Notes: a model not told the origin generated them from the letters alone. DNA of 64,000 bases from an uncultured Gemmatimonadales bacterium (GCA_963809895.1 CAWELD010000003.1:2432001-2496000); one strand, 5' to 3'; numbered from the stretch's first letter, positions 30,916 through 40,735 are shown. A program made the numbers and translations.

Positions 30916-31802
30916 CGTGAGCCTCCGGCAGGCCGGGGGCCCTCATCGTCGTCGTCCAGGTTGAGAAGCAGCCGGCGCGCACCGTGGAACTGGCGCTCGG
31001 CCCAGCGGCGCCAGGAGGCAGGGGGAGGCTCCAGAACCTCGCCGGTCTCCAGCCGGTCCAGCACGCCCTCGACCTCGGCGTGCACGTCCAGGAACTTGCG
31101 GCGGTGCCCCCGGCCTGCCAGGCGCACCGCCAGCCAGCCGACCAATCCCGCCACGACCCCTCCCGAGGCGACACCCAGCGCCACGGGAGCGACCATGGAT
31201 ACGAGGAACCCCACCCCCACCCCACCGGCCGCTGCCGCCAGCCCTCCGCCGAAGGCCATGCCCCCCACGTAGTCGCCCCGGATGCCCGGGTCCACGACGA
31301 ACTCCACCATGGTGCGGCCCGGATCCACCGGCTCCAGCGTCACCTCCACCGAGCGGGCGGAGGCCACGAAGTACTTCTTGGAGGTCGCGCTGGCCGCCCG
31401 TGCCAGCTGCGAGATCCAGTCCACCGCCGGCCGGTACTGCAGGAAGGTGGGAGATCGGCGCACCCGCTGCAGGAGTCGCCCCGCCACCATGAAGTCGTCC
31501 AGCTGAGCGGACAGCTCGTCGGTGGTCCCGTCGACGACGCGGGAGGCGTGCACCAGCTCGGGCCCCAGGAGCCGATCGAGAATCTTGCCGTCGGGGGCCG
31601 CGCCGGCGCGCACCTCGGCCAGGGCCTGTCTCACGTAGCGCTCGGGGAGGCCGACCTCACGGGCGATCCGGTAGACCTCCCCCTCACCGAGATCCCCCTC
31701 TCCCTGCTCCGCCTCGCGCGCGGCCAGCTCGGAGGCACGACGGATCACCTCGTCGAACTGTGTGCGGGTCAGGCTACTCCCCGGTTGCCGTTCGTTGGTC
31801 AC
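30912..31802 (-). CDS. Hypothetical membrane protein
   Basis: N-terminal VIRRASEL...IAREVGLP helical unit; two Gly/Ala-rich TM helices; GTGA overlap with the downstream gene. Confidence 0.82.
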   Translation of the reverse strand: MTNERQPGSSLTRTQFDEVIRRASELAAREAEQGEGDLGEGEVYRIAREVGLPERYVRQALAEVRAGAAPDGKILDRLLGPELVHASRVVDGTTDELSAQLDDFMVAGRLLQRVRRSPTFLQYRPAVDWISQLARAASATSKKYFVASARSVEVTLEPVDPGRTMVEFVVDPGIRGDYVGGMAFGGGLAAAAGGVGVGFLVSMVAPVALGVASGGVVAGLVGWLAVRLAGRGHRRKFLDVHAEVEGVLDRLETGEVLEPPPASWRRWAERQFHGARRLLLNLDDDDEGPRPAGGSR

Positions 31803-31816
31803 GGGTCAAACACCTC

Positions 31817-33022
31817 TCAGAGGACCTCCACCACCACGGCGCCGCCCTGGCCCCCGCCGATGCACGCCGAGCCGACGGCGTAGCGACCACCCCGGCGGCG
31901 CAGCTCGTGCAGCAGGTGCACGGTGATGCGCGCACCCGACGCCGCCAGAGGATGCGTGAGGGCGATGGCGCCGCCGTCCACGTTGGTCTTCTCGGGATCC
32001 AGCCCGAGCTCCTTCTCCACCGCCACGTACTGGGGCGCGAAGGCCTCGTTCACCTCCACCAGGTCCATGTCGTCGAGCTCGAGTCCGGCGATGTCGAGCG
32101 CCTGCCGAATGGCGGGCGCGGGTCCGATGCCCATGATGCGGGGATCCACCCCGACGAAGGCCCACGAGACGAGGCGCCCCAGGGGCGTGAGCCCGTGCTC
32201 CTCCGCCCAGGCGGCGTCGGCCAGCACCGCGCTGGCGGACCCGTCGCCGATGCCGCTGGCGTTGCCCGCGGTGACCAGGCCGTCTTCGCGAAAATACGGG
32301 CGCAGCCCGGCCAGTGTTTCCGGCGTGGTGTCGGGCCGCATGTGCTCGTCGCGGGCGTAGGTGGCCGGACCCTTGCGCGTCTTCACGGTCACGGGAACGA
32401 TCTCCTGGTCGAAGCGCCCTTCCTCCCAGGCTCGCCTGGCCCGCTGCTGGGAACGGTAGGCCACCTCGTCGGCCTCGGCCCGGGTCACGCCGTAGCGCTC
32501 GGCGAGCTCCTCGGCGGTCTGGGCCATGGTGAGGCCGCACTGCGAGTCCAACAGCGCCTGCCACAACAGGTCCTCGAAATACGGCCCGGCCTCGCCCAGC
32601 CTGAGCTCGCCCCAACGAGCCCCCCGCACCACGTGCGGCGCCTGGCTCATGGATTCGGTGCCGCCGGTGAGCACGCAGCGGGCACCATCCAGGAGGATCT
32701 CCTTGGCGCCCTGCACGATGGCCTCGAAGCCGGACCCGCACAGCCGATTGACGGTCAGCGCAGGCCGTTCCTGCGGCACGCCACAGCGGAGCGCCACGTG
32801 GCGAGCGAGGTAGATGGCGTCGGACGAGGTCTGGAGCGCGTTGCCGAAGAAGGTGTGATCCACCTGCTCGGGCCCGACGCCGGCGGCCTCCAGCGCCCCT
32901 TCGCTGCTGATCACGCCCAGATCCGTGGCCGACAATCCCTTGAGCGACCCGCCGAAGCTCCCGAAGCCCGTGCGCTTCCCCGACAGGAACACGATGTCCC
33001 GACTCTGACCCTGCGTCGCCAT
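31817..33022 (-). CDS. Acetyl-CoA C-acyltransferase (thiolase)
   Basis: VNRLCGSG, TAGNASG, NEAFA, GAIALTHPLAASG, CIGGGQG. Confidence 0.96.
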   Translation of the reverse strand: MATQGQSRDIVFLSGKRTGFGSFGGSLKGLSATDLGVISSEGALEAAGVGPEQVDHTFFGNALQTSSDAIYLARHVALRCGVPQERPALTVNRLCGSGFEAIVQGAKEILLDGARCVLTGGTESMSQAPHVVRGARWGELRLGEAGPYFEDLLWQALLDSQCGLTMAQTAEELAERYGVTRAEADEVAYRSQQRARRAWEEGRFDQEIVPVTVKTRKGPATYARDEHMRPDTTPETLAGLRPYFREDGLVTAGNASGIGDGSASAVLADAAWAEEHGLTPLGRLVSWAFVGVDPRIMGIGPAPAIRQALDIAGLELDDMDLVEVNEAFAPQYVAVEKELGLDPEKTNVDGGAIALTHPLAASGARITVHLLHELRRRGGRYAVGSACIGGGQGGAVVVEVL

Positions 33023-33103
33023 TCGACCTCTCCTGTGATGCCCGCCCGCTCTCCCCCTAATCTACCCAGGATGCGCGGGCAGGGACCACCGCTACCGGGT
33101 CGC

Positions 33104-35191
33104 TCAGCGGGGAATCAACGGCAGCGTGACGTGCGAAGGATGCTCGGCGTCGTGCAGGATGCGCTGACGGGCCACCACCCAGGTCGTGTCCCGCTCGTTG
33201 TCTCCCCCGGTGTTCAGGTTGCGGTCGTACTTGGGAAACGCCGCCGACTCCACGGTGACGCGGAGCCGATGTCCCGGGGGCAGAACCAGCGACGTGAACC
33301 AGAGATCGATGTCGTAGCGATAGGCCCGGCCCGGCTCCGGAAGCTCGGGTCGGCCGAACCCGTTCCGGAAGCGGGCGCGCACGATCCCGTCCTGGATCCT
33401 GAGCGCCCGCCCGTCGGGATGCACGTCCAGGAGCATGACGTGCCAGTCGGTGTCACGGGCGTCGGTGACGGCCCACAGCGTGGCGGACATGGGTCCGGTG
33501 ATCTCCATGGGCTCATCGAGGACGGCCGAGGTGAAGACGAGCATGTCTCGCCGCTCCGCGTCCACGCGGGCGTAGTCCTCGTTGATGCTCAGCTCGAGCT
33601 CCCTGGCATCCACGAGATACGGCGTGGGGTCGGCGGGGTCGTAGCTGAAGGTGTCCGCGGGCTCGCCGACGGGGGGGACGGTGTCCAGGCGTCCGTCGCC
33701 CCCGGCAGTGTTGGCCGACCCGCCCGAGTGCAGGTAGAAGTCCGTCCAGCGGGTACGCGCCAGCGGCCAGCCGTCCTCCTTGCGCCAACGGTCGTCGCCC
33801 ATGACGAAGATGTCCACCGGGGGCTCGGCCTCCACCCCGTTGTCCACACCCTTGAGGTAGTGGTCGAACCAGCGGAGTTGAAGCGCGCGGGGATCGATGC
33901 GGGCCTCGGGTCCGAAATCCCCGTTCACGTAGTCCAGGCCTTTATGGGCACCCGCGTCCATGACGATGCGCTGAAAGGGATGGCCGGGGATGGTGTCCAG
34001 GCCCTGGAAGTTCCGGATCGTGCCCCGGGCATCGTCGTACCAGCCCGCGATTCCCAGGACCGGAACCTGCACGCGGTCCAATCGGTTCTCGATGCCCAGC
34101 CCCAGCCAGTAGGCGTCCTGGCGCTGATGGTCGAACCAGTCGTCCCAGAACCCGGGCCTGGGACACCCGGCCTCCTCGGCGCTCTCGATCACCGGCAGGT
34201 GCCGGAAGGCGGGAACCAGGTCCAGGTTGCTCATGTCCGAGAGCGTCTCCCGGACCGCGGTCAGGCAGAGCCACGGGATGATGGTCGGGGAGAAGACCAT
34301 GTCGATGTAGGGCACCAGCCGCACCGGGTCGGCGGTGGCCACCTGAGGGGCGATGGCGGCCAGGTGCGGAGGCGCGGCGATGGCGGCGTACCAGGCGTAC
34401 AGACCGGGATTGGAGCGTCCGATCATGCCCACCCGGCCATTGCTTCCGGGCAGCGACCCCGCCCATTCCACGGCGTCGTAGCCGTCCTGCTCCTGGCCCG
34501 CGTTCATGTCGAGCACGCCCCCCGACCCACCGCGGCCACGCACGTCCTGCTTGACGTAGATGTAGCCGCGCGACGCCCAGAAGACGCCCGCCGCCGTATC
34601 GGTGCGCAGATACGGGGTGCGCTCCATCACGACGCCGAAGGGCCCTTCGCCCACCGGGCGAGCGACGAAGTTCATGAGCACCGTGCCGTCGCGGGCCTTC
34701 ATGGGGACGGCGGAATCGATGGTCACGGCGAAGGCCGAATCGGAAACGGGCCCCCGCCAGAGCGGATGGACGCTCTCGAAGGCCGCGGGCGAGTCCCGGC
34801 GCACCAGCCACACGCGCTCCACCGCCTCGCCGTTCTGATATCGGCGGCCCGTCAGGGTGTCGCCGGCAAGGGCCGCTCGAATCGCGGCGTCCCCGGCGAG
34901 GGTCAGGTGGAGCGAGTCTCCGCGCACTTCCAACCCGAGGATGCTCGCCAGGGTCTCCCCGGTTCTCCGCTTCAACCAGCTCGCGTCCGCATCGCCGGGG
35001 ACCAGGTGGGCGAATCCGAAGCGGCGACGCGCCTCGAACCCTCCGCTGGGCTCCCCTCCCAGCATGCGGTAGTAGTCCCAGTCCCCGCTGAGATCCGCCG
35101 GGGATCCGCCGGAGTCGGCACAGCCCACCAGGGGAAGCACCGCCGCTCCGGCGCACAGGAGGACGGCGAGACGGTGCCGGAAGGGGATCAT
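33104..35191 (-). CDS. CocE/NonD family hydrolase (S15-like), lipoprotein
   Basis: Lipobox LVGC; RTPY; QDVRGRGGSGG; nucleophile GRSNPG; GWYD; C-terminal beta-sandwich. Confidence 0.9.
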   Translation of the reverse strand: MIPFRHRLAVLLCAGAAVLPLVGCADSGGSPADLSGDWDYYRMLGGEPSGGFEARRRFGFAHLVPGDADASWLKRRTGETLASILGLEVRGDSLHLTLAGDAAIRAALAGDTLTGRRYQNGEAVERVWLVRRDSPAAFESVHPLWRGPVSDSAFAVTIDSAVPMKARDGTVLMNFVARPVGEGPFGVVMERTPYLRTDTAAGVFWASRGYIYVKQDVRGRGGSGGVLDMNAGQEQDGYDAVEWAGSLPGSNGRVGMIGRSNPGLYAWYAAIAAPPHLAAIAPQVATADPVRLVPYIDMVFSPTIIPWLCLTAVRETLSDMSNLDLVPAFRHLPVIESAEEAGCPRPGFWDDWFDHQRQDAYWLGLGIENRLDRVQVPVLGIAGWYDDARGTIRNFQGLDTIPGHPFQRIVMDAGAHKGLDYVNGDFGPEARIDPRALQLRWFDHYLKGVDNGVEAEPPVDIFVMGDDRWRKEDGWPLARTRWTDFYLHSGGSANTAGGDGRLDTVPPVGEPADTFSYDPADPTPYLVDARELELSINEDYARVDAERRDMLVFTSAVLDEPMEITGPMSATLWAVTDARDTDWHVMLLDVHPDGRALRIQDGIVRARFRNGFGRPELPEPGRAYRYDIDLWFTSLVLPPGHRLRVTVESAAFPKYDRNLNTGGDNERDTTWVVARQRILHDAEHPSHVTLPLIPR

Positions 35192-35198
35192 GACCCCG

Positions 35199-36281
35199 TC
35201 ACACGAATTCCGCGGCCGGCGGGGGCTCCTTCAGATGCTGGCGGAAGGCCTGCTTGTTGTTGGCGCGCATGTAGGCCTCGGTGGGGTCGATGACCCCGGC
35301 CATCAGGTATTCCAGGATGTGCTGATCCAGGAGCTGCATGCCGTCCTTCTTGCCCGTCTGGATGATGGACGGGATCTGGAAGACCTTGTTCTCCCGGATC
35401 AGGTTCGAGATGGCCGACGTGCCCACCATGATCTCCAGCGCCGCGGTGCGCCCGCTGCCGTCCTTCTTGCGCAGCAGCACCTGCGAGATCACGCCCTTGA
35501 GCGATTCCGCCACCATGGCCCGGATCTGCTCCTGCTGATCCGCCGGAAAGACGTCGATGATGCGGTCGACGGTCTTGGGGGCGGAGTTGGTGTGGAGCGT
35601 GCCGAAGACCAGGTGCCCCGTCTCCGCCGCGGTGATGCCGAGCTCGATGGTCTCCTTGTCGCGCATCTCCCCCACCAGGATGACGTCGGGATCCTCACGG
35701 AGAGCGGCCCGCAGCGCGTTGGAGAAGCTCTTGGTGTTGGTCCCCACCTCGCGCTGGTTCACGAGGCACTTCTTGTTGGGGTGGGTGAACTCGATGGGAT
35801 CCTCGATGGTGAGGATGTGCTCCGCCCGGGTCTCGTTGATGAGGTCGACCATGGCCGCCAGCGTCGTGGACTTGCCCGAACCCGTGGGTCCGGTGACCAG
35901 GACGAGCCCCTTGGTCATCATGCAGAACTTGCGCACCGGGTCCGGGAGGCCCAGGTCGTCGGCGGTGAGGATCTCCGAAGGGATCGTCCTGAAGACCGCC
36001 CCCAGGCCCTTACGCTGCCAGAACACGTTCACGCGAAAACGCGCCAGGCCCTCGATCTCGTAGGCGAAGTCGAAATCCTGCGTGTCGAGGAAGCGGATAC
36101 GCCACTCCTCGTCCATGATCTCGTAGACCAACGTCTCCATGTCCTTGGGCGTCAGCTCGCGGAACTTGATGCGCTGGATGTGCCCGTGCACCCGCATGAC
36201 CGGAGGCGACCCGGTGGTCAGGTGGAGATCCGAGCCGTTGTGCTGGACCAGGACTTTGAGGAATTGATCGATCTGGGCCAT
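35199..36281 (-). CDS. pilT: Type IV pilus retraction ATPase
   Basis: GSDLHL, GPTGSGKSTT, TIEDPIE, ALREDPDVILVGEMRD, TLHT, AISNLIRE. Confidence 0.95.
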   Translation of the reverse strand: MAQIDQFLKVLVQHNGSDLHLTTGSPPVMRVHGHIQRIKFRELTPKDMETLVYEIMDEEWRIRFLDTQDFDFAYEIEGLARFRVNVFWQRKGLGAVFRTIPSEILTADDLGLPDPVRKFCMMTKGLVLVTGPTGSGKSTTLAAMVDLINETRAEHILTIEDPIEFTHPNKKCLVNQREVGTNTKSFSNALRAALREDPDVILVGEMRDKETIELGITAAETGHLVFGTLHTNSAPKTVDRIIDVFPADQQEQIRAMVAESLKGVISQVLLRKKDGSGRTAALEIMVGTSAISNLIRENKVFQIPSIIQTGKKDGMQLLDQHILEYLMAGVIDPTEAYMRANNKQAFRQHLKEPPPAAEFV

Positions 36282-36320
36282 CAGGCGTCCCGTATCGCGG
36301 GGGAACCAGTCATATCGAAG

Positions 36321-37577
36321 TTACGCACGCAGAGGCGCGAGGGACCATTCCAACGATGCAGCGCCCAGCGGCCGGATCTCCAGTTCCCACCGTATGCCGG
36401 CCTCGTGGGCGAGGCGCCGGTCGGCGCCGTCCGGCCAGCGCGCGAAGACGACGCCGGCTACGTCCGCCACCGCGTCCGTCAGGCCGACTCCGGTCTCCGA
36501 TAGATCCACGGTGACCACGTCGAAGCCGAAGTCGCGCAACCCCTCGAGCACCTCGGCACGGCCCTGGTCCTCGGACGGCAGACGGACCTGGAGCACATCG
36601 TCACGCGGCGGCGCGGTGGCCGAGCCCAGGTGCACGCTCCGCCACGACGGATCCAGTAGAAGGGCAGGCAGATGACACAGGATGTCCGGGCCGATGTCGT
36701 CTGGAGCCACCACGGCGAAGCGCGCGGACCCGGAGCGCGCGAGCAACCGAATCTCGCCGAGGAGCGCAGGCGGGGGAGGCGGAAAACGATCGTGCAGGAG
36801 GCTGCGCTCCTCCATGGGCCGGAACAGATACTCCCGCCCGCCGGGGCCGGACAGGAACTCCACTTCCACGGGGGTGACGATACCCTCGCGATTGAGGCTT
36901 CCGCGGTAGCGCGCACGATCACCCGACAGCTGCGAGGACGGAGGAGGCGACACCGCGCGGTCCAGGTCGGCTTCCCAGTTGCCCTCCAGGCGATGGCGGC
37001 GGGCCGTGCCGGCATCGTGATACCAGAACCAGGCACGGTGCTGGCGCACCGAGATGCCGAAGCGGGTCGCGGCCGCCTCCAGCGCCATCCCCAGACCCGC
37101 CCCCAGGGTGACGGGAGCCGGCCGACGGGCAACGTCTCCCGCGTGCACGCGGGTGTACACCTGTTGGATCAACTCGCGGATGCGCTCCCCGGATGCCAGC
37201 GCGAGCTCGATACGCCGGTCGGTGCGCGCCGAGAGCTCCTCCACGGCCTGCGTTCGAATGGGCGAATCCACCACCACGGTGAGCGCGTCGGCAGTCCGCA
37301 GGATCGGCATGGTGAGGTGGGCCAGCGCCCACTCCGGCGTGACCAGCGCGGCCGCATCGGGATCGATGGAGTCGGCGTCGGGAAAGATGTAGGGGAGGTC
37401 GAACTGCGAGGCGAGCCCCCATTCCAGTTCTTCCTTCGACACGAGCCCCAGAGCCAGGAGCGCTTCGCCGAAGTAGCCCCCCGTCTTGCGTTGGTGCTCC
37501 AGCGCCCGATCCACGTCGCTCTCGTCGATCCGACCCAGTCCCATGAGGATCTGGCCCAGGTTTGGTCGTTCGGTCAT
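36321..37577 (-). CDS. MshEN/GspE N-terminal domain protein with degenerate PilB-like C-terminus
   Basis: Tandem LGQILMGLGRI...ALEHQ and FGEALLALGLV...GLASQ motifs; no Walker A. Confidence 0.78.
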   Translation of the reverse strand: MTERPNLGQILMGLGRIDESDVDRALEHQRKTGGYFGEALLALGLVSKEELEWGLASQFDLPYIFPDADSIDPDAAALVTPEWALAHLTMPILRTADALTVVVDSPIRTQAVEELSARTDRRIELALASGERIRELIQQVYTRVHAGDVARRPAPVTLGAGLGMALEAAATRFGISVRQHRAWFWYHDAGTARRHRLEGNWEADLDRAVSPPPSSQLSGDRARYRGSLNREGIVTPVEVEFLSGPGGREYLFRPMEERSLLHDRFPPPPPALLGEIRLLARSGSARFAVVAPDDIGPDILCHLPALLLDPSWRSVHLGSATAPPRDDVLQVRLPSEDQGRAEVLEGLRDFGFDVVTVDLSETGVGLTDAVADVAGVVFARWPDGADRRLAHEAGIRWELEIRPLGAASLEWSLAPLRA

Positions 37578-37808
37578 GCCTCACCCCGCGGGTGGTGATC
37601 GATCACTCGGCATCGTGCTCTTCGGCCGACGCCCGTCCCCGTGGTCCGTGATGGCGACGCCATCCCCTGAGAGGACCGCAATCCGGGTCATGGTGATGGG
37701 AGGGCGTGGCGTGAGCGGGATCCACCGGATGCGCGAAGCGTGGCGCTCTGAAGTGGACGGGCCTCGGGATAATAGAGCCGGCACGGACGGCGGCGCTACC
37801 TGCACGCG

Positions 37809-38294
37809 TCATCGAAAGAACCCTCGTGGCTCCTCGACGACGACCGCGCCGTTCCCGGGGTCTCCGTTGCCCTCCATGACGAAGGGGTAGCGGCCCGGGG
37901 GGGCGTCGTGGAAGTCCACCACCCACCGTGCACCCCGTGCCAGCAGCGGGGGGCTTGCGAGTTGACGTCCCGCCTCCAGCCAGCGCCGGGCGTCGGCGGA
38001 CAGGGAATCCCCCGGGAAGCGGACGAGGTGAACGAGGCCGTCGTCCACCCGGAAGCTGATCCGGTCGCCCACCCGTACCGTCGTGATCCTCGGCTGGACG
38101 GCCTCACGGCCCTCCCGAGCCTGGAGACTGACGGTGTGCACCCGGTCGCGAGAGGTGAGGCCGAGGGAGTCCCGCAGGACCCGGTCCGGCTGCAGCTCCG
38201 GCGGGGCGTCGCAGGAGGCGGCGAGCACGCACAGCAGCGCGCACAGGACCGCCTGGGACCCAGGGCGCGCCCGGCGGTCGCATCCCGCCGCCAC
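37809..38294 (-). CDS. Lipoprotein with a cupredoxin-like fold lacking type-1 Cu ligands
   Basis: Lipobox LAASC; P..TTVRVGDRISF...H...; PPGRYPF...GAVVV; GTG start 38294 inferred. Confidence 0.65.
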   Translation of the reverse strand: MAAGCDRRARPGSQAVLCALLCVLAASCDAPPELQPDRVLRDSLGLTSRDRVHTVSLQAREGREAVQPRITTVRVGDRISFRVDDGLVHLVRFPGDSLSADARRWLEAGRQLASPPLLARGARWVVDFHDAPPGRYPFVMEGNGDPGNGAVVVEEPRGFFR

Positions 38295-38295
38295 G

Positions 38296-38952
38296 TCAGC
38301 CTTCCCCGACCTCCTCGCCACAGGCGACGCAGAAGCGCCAATCCGGGTCCAGGGTCTCTCCACACGACGGGCACGGCCGCGTCCGGATATCGGTGCCGCA
38401 GTAGGGGCAGAAGCGCAGATTGGAGCGCTCCGGCAGCGCCTCGCCACACCAGCGGCAGTCTCCGGCCCCGGTGACCACGGCGCCTCCTCCCTGGACCACC
38501 TCTCCCACGTCGCCGCCTCCGCCCTCGGCCCCGTCGCCCGCCGAGGCGGTCACCGGATCACCCCCGCCGTCTTCCGCGGACCGTTCGGGCAGATCCAGCT
38601 CGAGTTCGTCGGGAATCCGGTCGGGCACCAGGCGGACGTCGGCTGCGGCATAGTCACGGTACACCCCGGTGTTGGGATTCGAGGACTCGAGCTCTTCCCG
38701 GATCTCTTCGATGGCGGCGTCCGACTCCAGCCGCACGAGCTCGCCTTCACCCACCAGCAGACGAAGGAGGACGTGCTCGTAGTCACCGTTCATGTCGAGG
38801 CCGAGACGGTCCCGGTACGTACGATACGGGACCAGGTTCTGATAGATCTCGGCCACGGTGAAGGGCTCTTCGACGGCCTTGGGATCCCGGCGTCGGAGTG
38901 ATTCGACCAGGAGGCGATGGAAGCGGAGGAGAGGGCTGTCGGTGGAAGTCAT
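38296..38952 (-). CDS. Double zinc-ribbon domain protein
   Basis: CRWC, CPYC, CPSC, CVAC at the C-terminus; unknown N-terminal domain. Confidence 0.88.
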   Translation of the reverse strand: MTSTDSPLLRFHRLLVESLRRRDPKAVEEPFTVAEIYQNLVPYRTYRDRLGLDMNGDYEHVLLRLLVGEGELVRLESDAAIEEIREELESSNPNTGVYRDYAAADVRLVPDRIPDELELDLPERSAEDGGGDPVTASAGDGAEGGGGDVGEVVQGGGAVVTGAGDCRWCGEALPERSNLRFCPYCGTDIRTRPCPSCGETLDPDWRFCVACGEEVGEG

Positions 38953-38965
38953 GACCGGAAGGGAA

Positions 38966-40075
38966 TCAGGGGCGAAGGAGGTCGTCTTCGAGGGTCAGCA
39001 GCCGTGCAGCGACGGCAGCCCGCAGGAACACCTCGGGATCCTGGAAGGGGATCCGCGTACCGCTCTGCTCGTGCCAGCGCTCGGCCATGCGACGCATGAA
39101 CTGGACCAGCGTCTCGTGGTTGAACCCGGCCTGGTCACGCATCTGGCGTACGATCTGGAGCCAGGTTCCCCGGAAGGCCTGGCCGTCGTGCTGGCGCACG
39201 CGATGCACGGAGTGGTCGCCCGTGCCAGCGCCGAAGAGCTCGAGCTGGCTCGGATCGGGGGGCTCGTGAGGGCGTCCACCGCCCGCCGCGGCCTCGATTT
39301 CCGCCAGGAGCCGATCGATGGGATCGTCCAGGATCTCCAACTCCCGCAGCCGAGCCTCCCATGGCGTCAGGCGCGCATCTCCGGCCTCCATCTGCCAGAG
39401 GGCCCGCTTCAGCTCCATGATGCGCCAGACCGCGAGGGCATCCCAGTGCTCGACGGGCGGCACGCGCTCGAACTCGCGCAGCGCCCCCTCCCAATCACCG
39501 CGATCGTACAGGAGGTGGCCGAGATAGATGCGAGCCTCGTGGAGATCGGGGTCGAGCCTGAGGGCGCGACGAATCTGGCGACCGGCGCCCACTTCGTCGC
39601 CCAGCCGATGCAGCGCGTATCCCAGCGACGCCGCGGACTCGGCGCTGTCCGGCCGCACGGCCGCCGCCCGCGCGAACAGATCCCGGGATTCGGCATAGAG
39701 CCCTTCCCTGTACAGCGCCCGGCCCATGGTGAGGAGGAGCTCTTCGTCCTCGTCGTAGCCCATGGCCTCCACCTGACGGAAGAGGGTCAGGGCGGGCTCG
39801 CGCTCACCGAAGCGCAGGAGGGTCTCGCCCATGCCCACCATGGCGTCCTCGTGCCCGGGGTCCAGCACGAGTGCCCGCTCGAAGGCGTGCCGTGCCCAGG
39901 CGAACTCCTCCCGGGCGAGGCGGGCGTATCCCATTCCCACGTAGAGCTCGACGGCGTTGGGATAAAGAGAAAGGCCCTCCTTGAGCATCTCGAGGGCCCC
40001 GTCGTAGTCGCCGTCGTTGTAGAGCCGGTGTGCCTGTTCGTCGTATTCCTCGGAACTGAGGAATCGGTCCGGCAT
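38966..40075 (-). CDS. Tetratricopeptide repeat protein with an unknown C-terminal domain
   Basis: About six TPR-like repeats (e.g. AFERALVLDP, ALRLDPDLHEARIYLG). Confidence 0.9.
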   Translation of the reverse strand: MPDRFLSSEEYDEQAHRLYNDGDYDGALEMLKEGLSLYPNAVELYVGMGYARLAREEFAWARHAFERALVLDPGHEDAMVGMGETLLRFGEREPALTLFRQVEAMGYDEDEELLLTMGRALYREGLYAESRDLFARAAAVRPDSAESAASLGYALHRLGDEVGAGRQIRRALRLDPDLHEARIYLGHLLYDRGDWEGALREFERVPPVEHWDALAVWRIMELKRALWQMEAGDARLTPWEARLRELEILDDPIDRLLAEIEAAAGGGRPHEPPDPSQLELFGAGTGDHSVHRVRQHDGQAFRGTWLQIVRQMRDQAGFNHETLVQFMRRMAERWHEQSGTRIPFQDPEVFLRAAVAARLLTLEDDLLRP

Positions 40076-40189
40076 GGAGCATGCCTCCTGGCAGGTTGGA
40101 CCGCGGTTCAGACCCGGCCTAAGTCTAATGGACGGTCCGGGCGCGGACCAGGCTCGAACGGGCGCCTTCGGCGACCCGGGGGCCGACCC

Positions 40190-40579
40190 TCACACCGGCC
40201 GCCCGTAGCGGACTCCACAGGCCGTGCAGATCAGGTATCCTCCGACGCGCTGCAGGCGACGTGGGGGATCCACGTGGCGCGGACAGTCCGGGTCGTCGCC
40301 GGCCTGCTGCTGCTCCTTCACCTTCTGTCGCTCGGTGCGGGTCGCCTTGGGCACGGCCAGGCTGAACCGGAGCGACGACGCCGAGCATTCGAAGAGCGCC
40401 ACCCCGGAGCCGTCGTCTTCCGGACGGACACGCAGGAGCTCCAGGAACCCCCCCATGGGCGAGGGCAGACGATTGCCCGCGTAGTACTGGCGGAGAAGCT
40501 CCTTGGACGCCTTGCCGCCCTTGCCCAGAGGGATGCCGTCGGAGGGTACGGGAGCCTGGGTGTGCCAGCCTGGTGCCAT
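40190..40579 (-). CDS. Hypothetical protein with a C-terminal CxxH...CxxC zinc finger
   Basis: CPRH...CTACG; ATG 40579 with GAGG RBS. Confidence 0.72.
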   Translation of the reverse strand: MAPGWHTQAPVPSDGIPLGKGGKASKELLRQYYAGNRLPSPMGGFLELLRVRPEDDGSGVALFECSASSLRFSLAVPKATRTERQKVKEQQQAGDDPDCPRHVDPPRRLQRVGGYLICTACGVRYGRPV

Positions 40580-40700
40580 GAGCCGCCTCGACGGAAAATT
40601 GAATGGCGCCGGTCCCGGCGGCGCCAGATCGGCGCCGAAGTATATGCTCCGACCCTCAGGGCCGCCACCGCCCCTCCGCGACCCGGGTTCCCACACGCGA

Positions 40701-40735
40701 AACGGGGCGGGACCCGTGTGAGTCCCCGCCCCGTT
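40701..40735 (-). terminator. Hairpin after the 86-aa ORF
   Basis: AACGGGGCGGGAC / GTCCCCGCCCCGTT stem with one bulge; weak U-tract. Confidence 0.45.

Noticed and set aside
31760..35293. 1177-aa + strand ORF, and similar long antisense ORFs (2039-3742, 5444-7615, 38858-40903, 41117-42823, 49369-51282, 54583-56139)
   Set aside because: Shadow frames opposite well-supported genes; stop codons are rare at this GC content; no recognisable motifs
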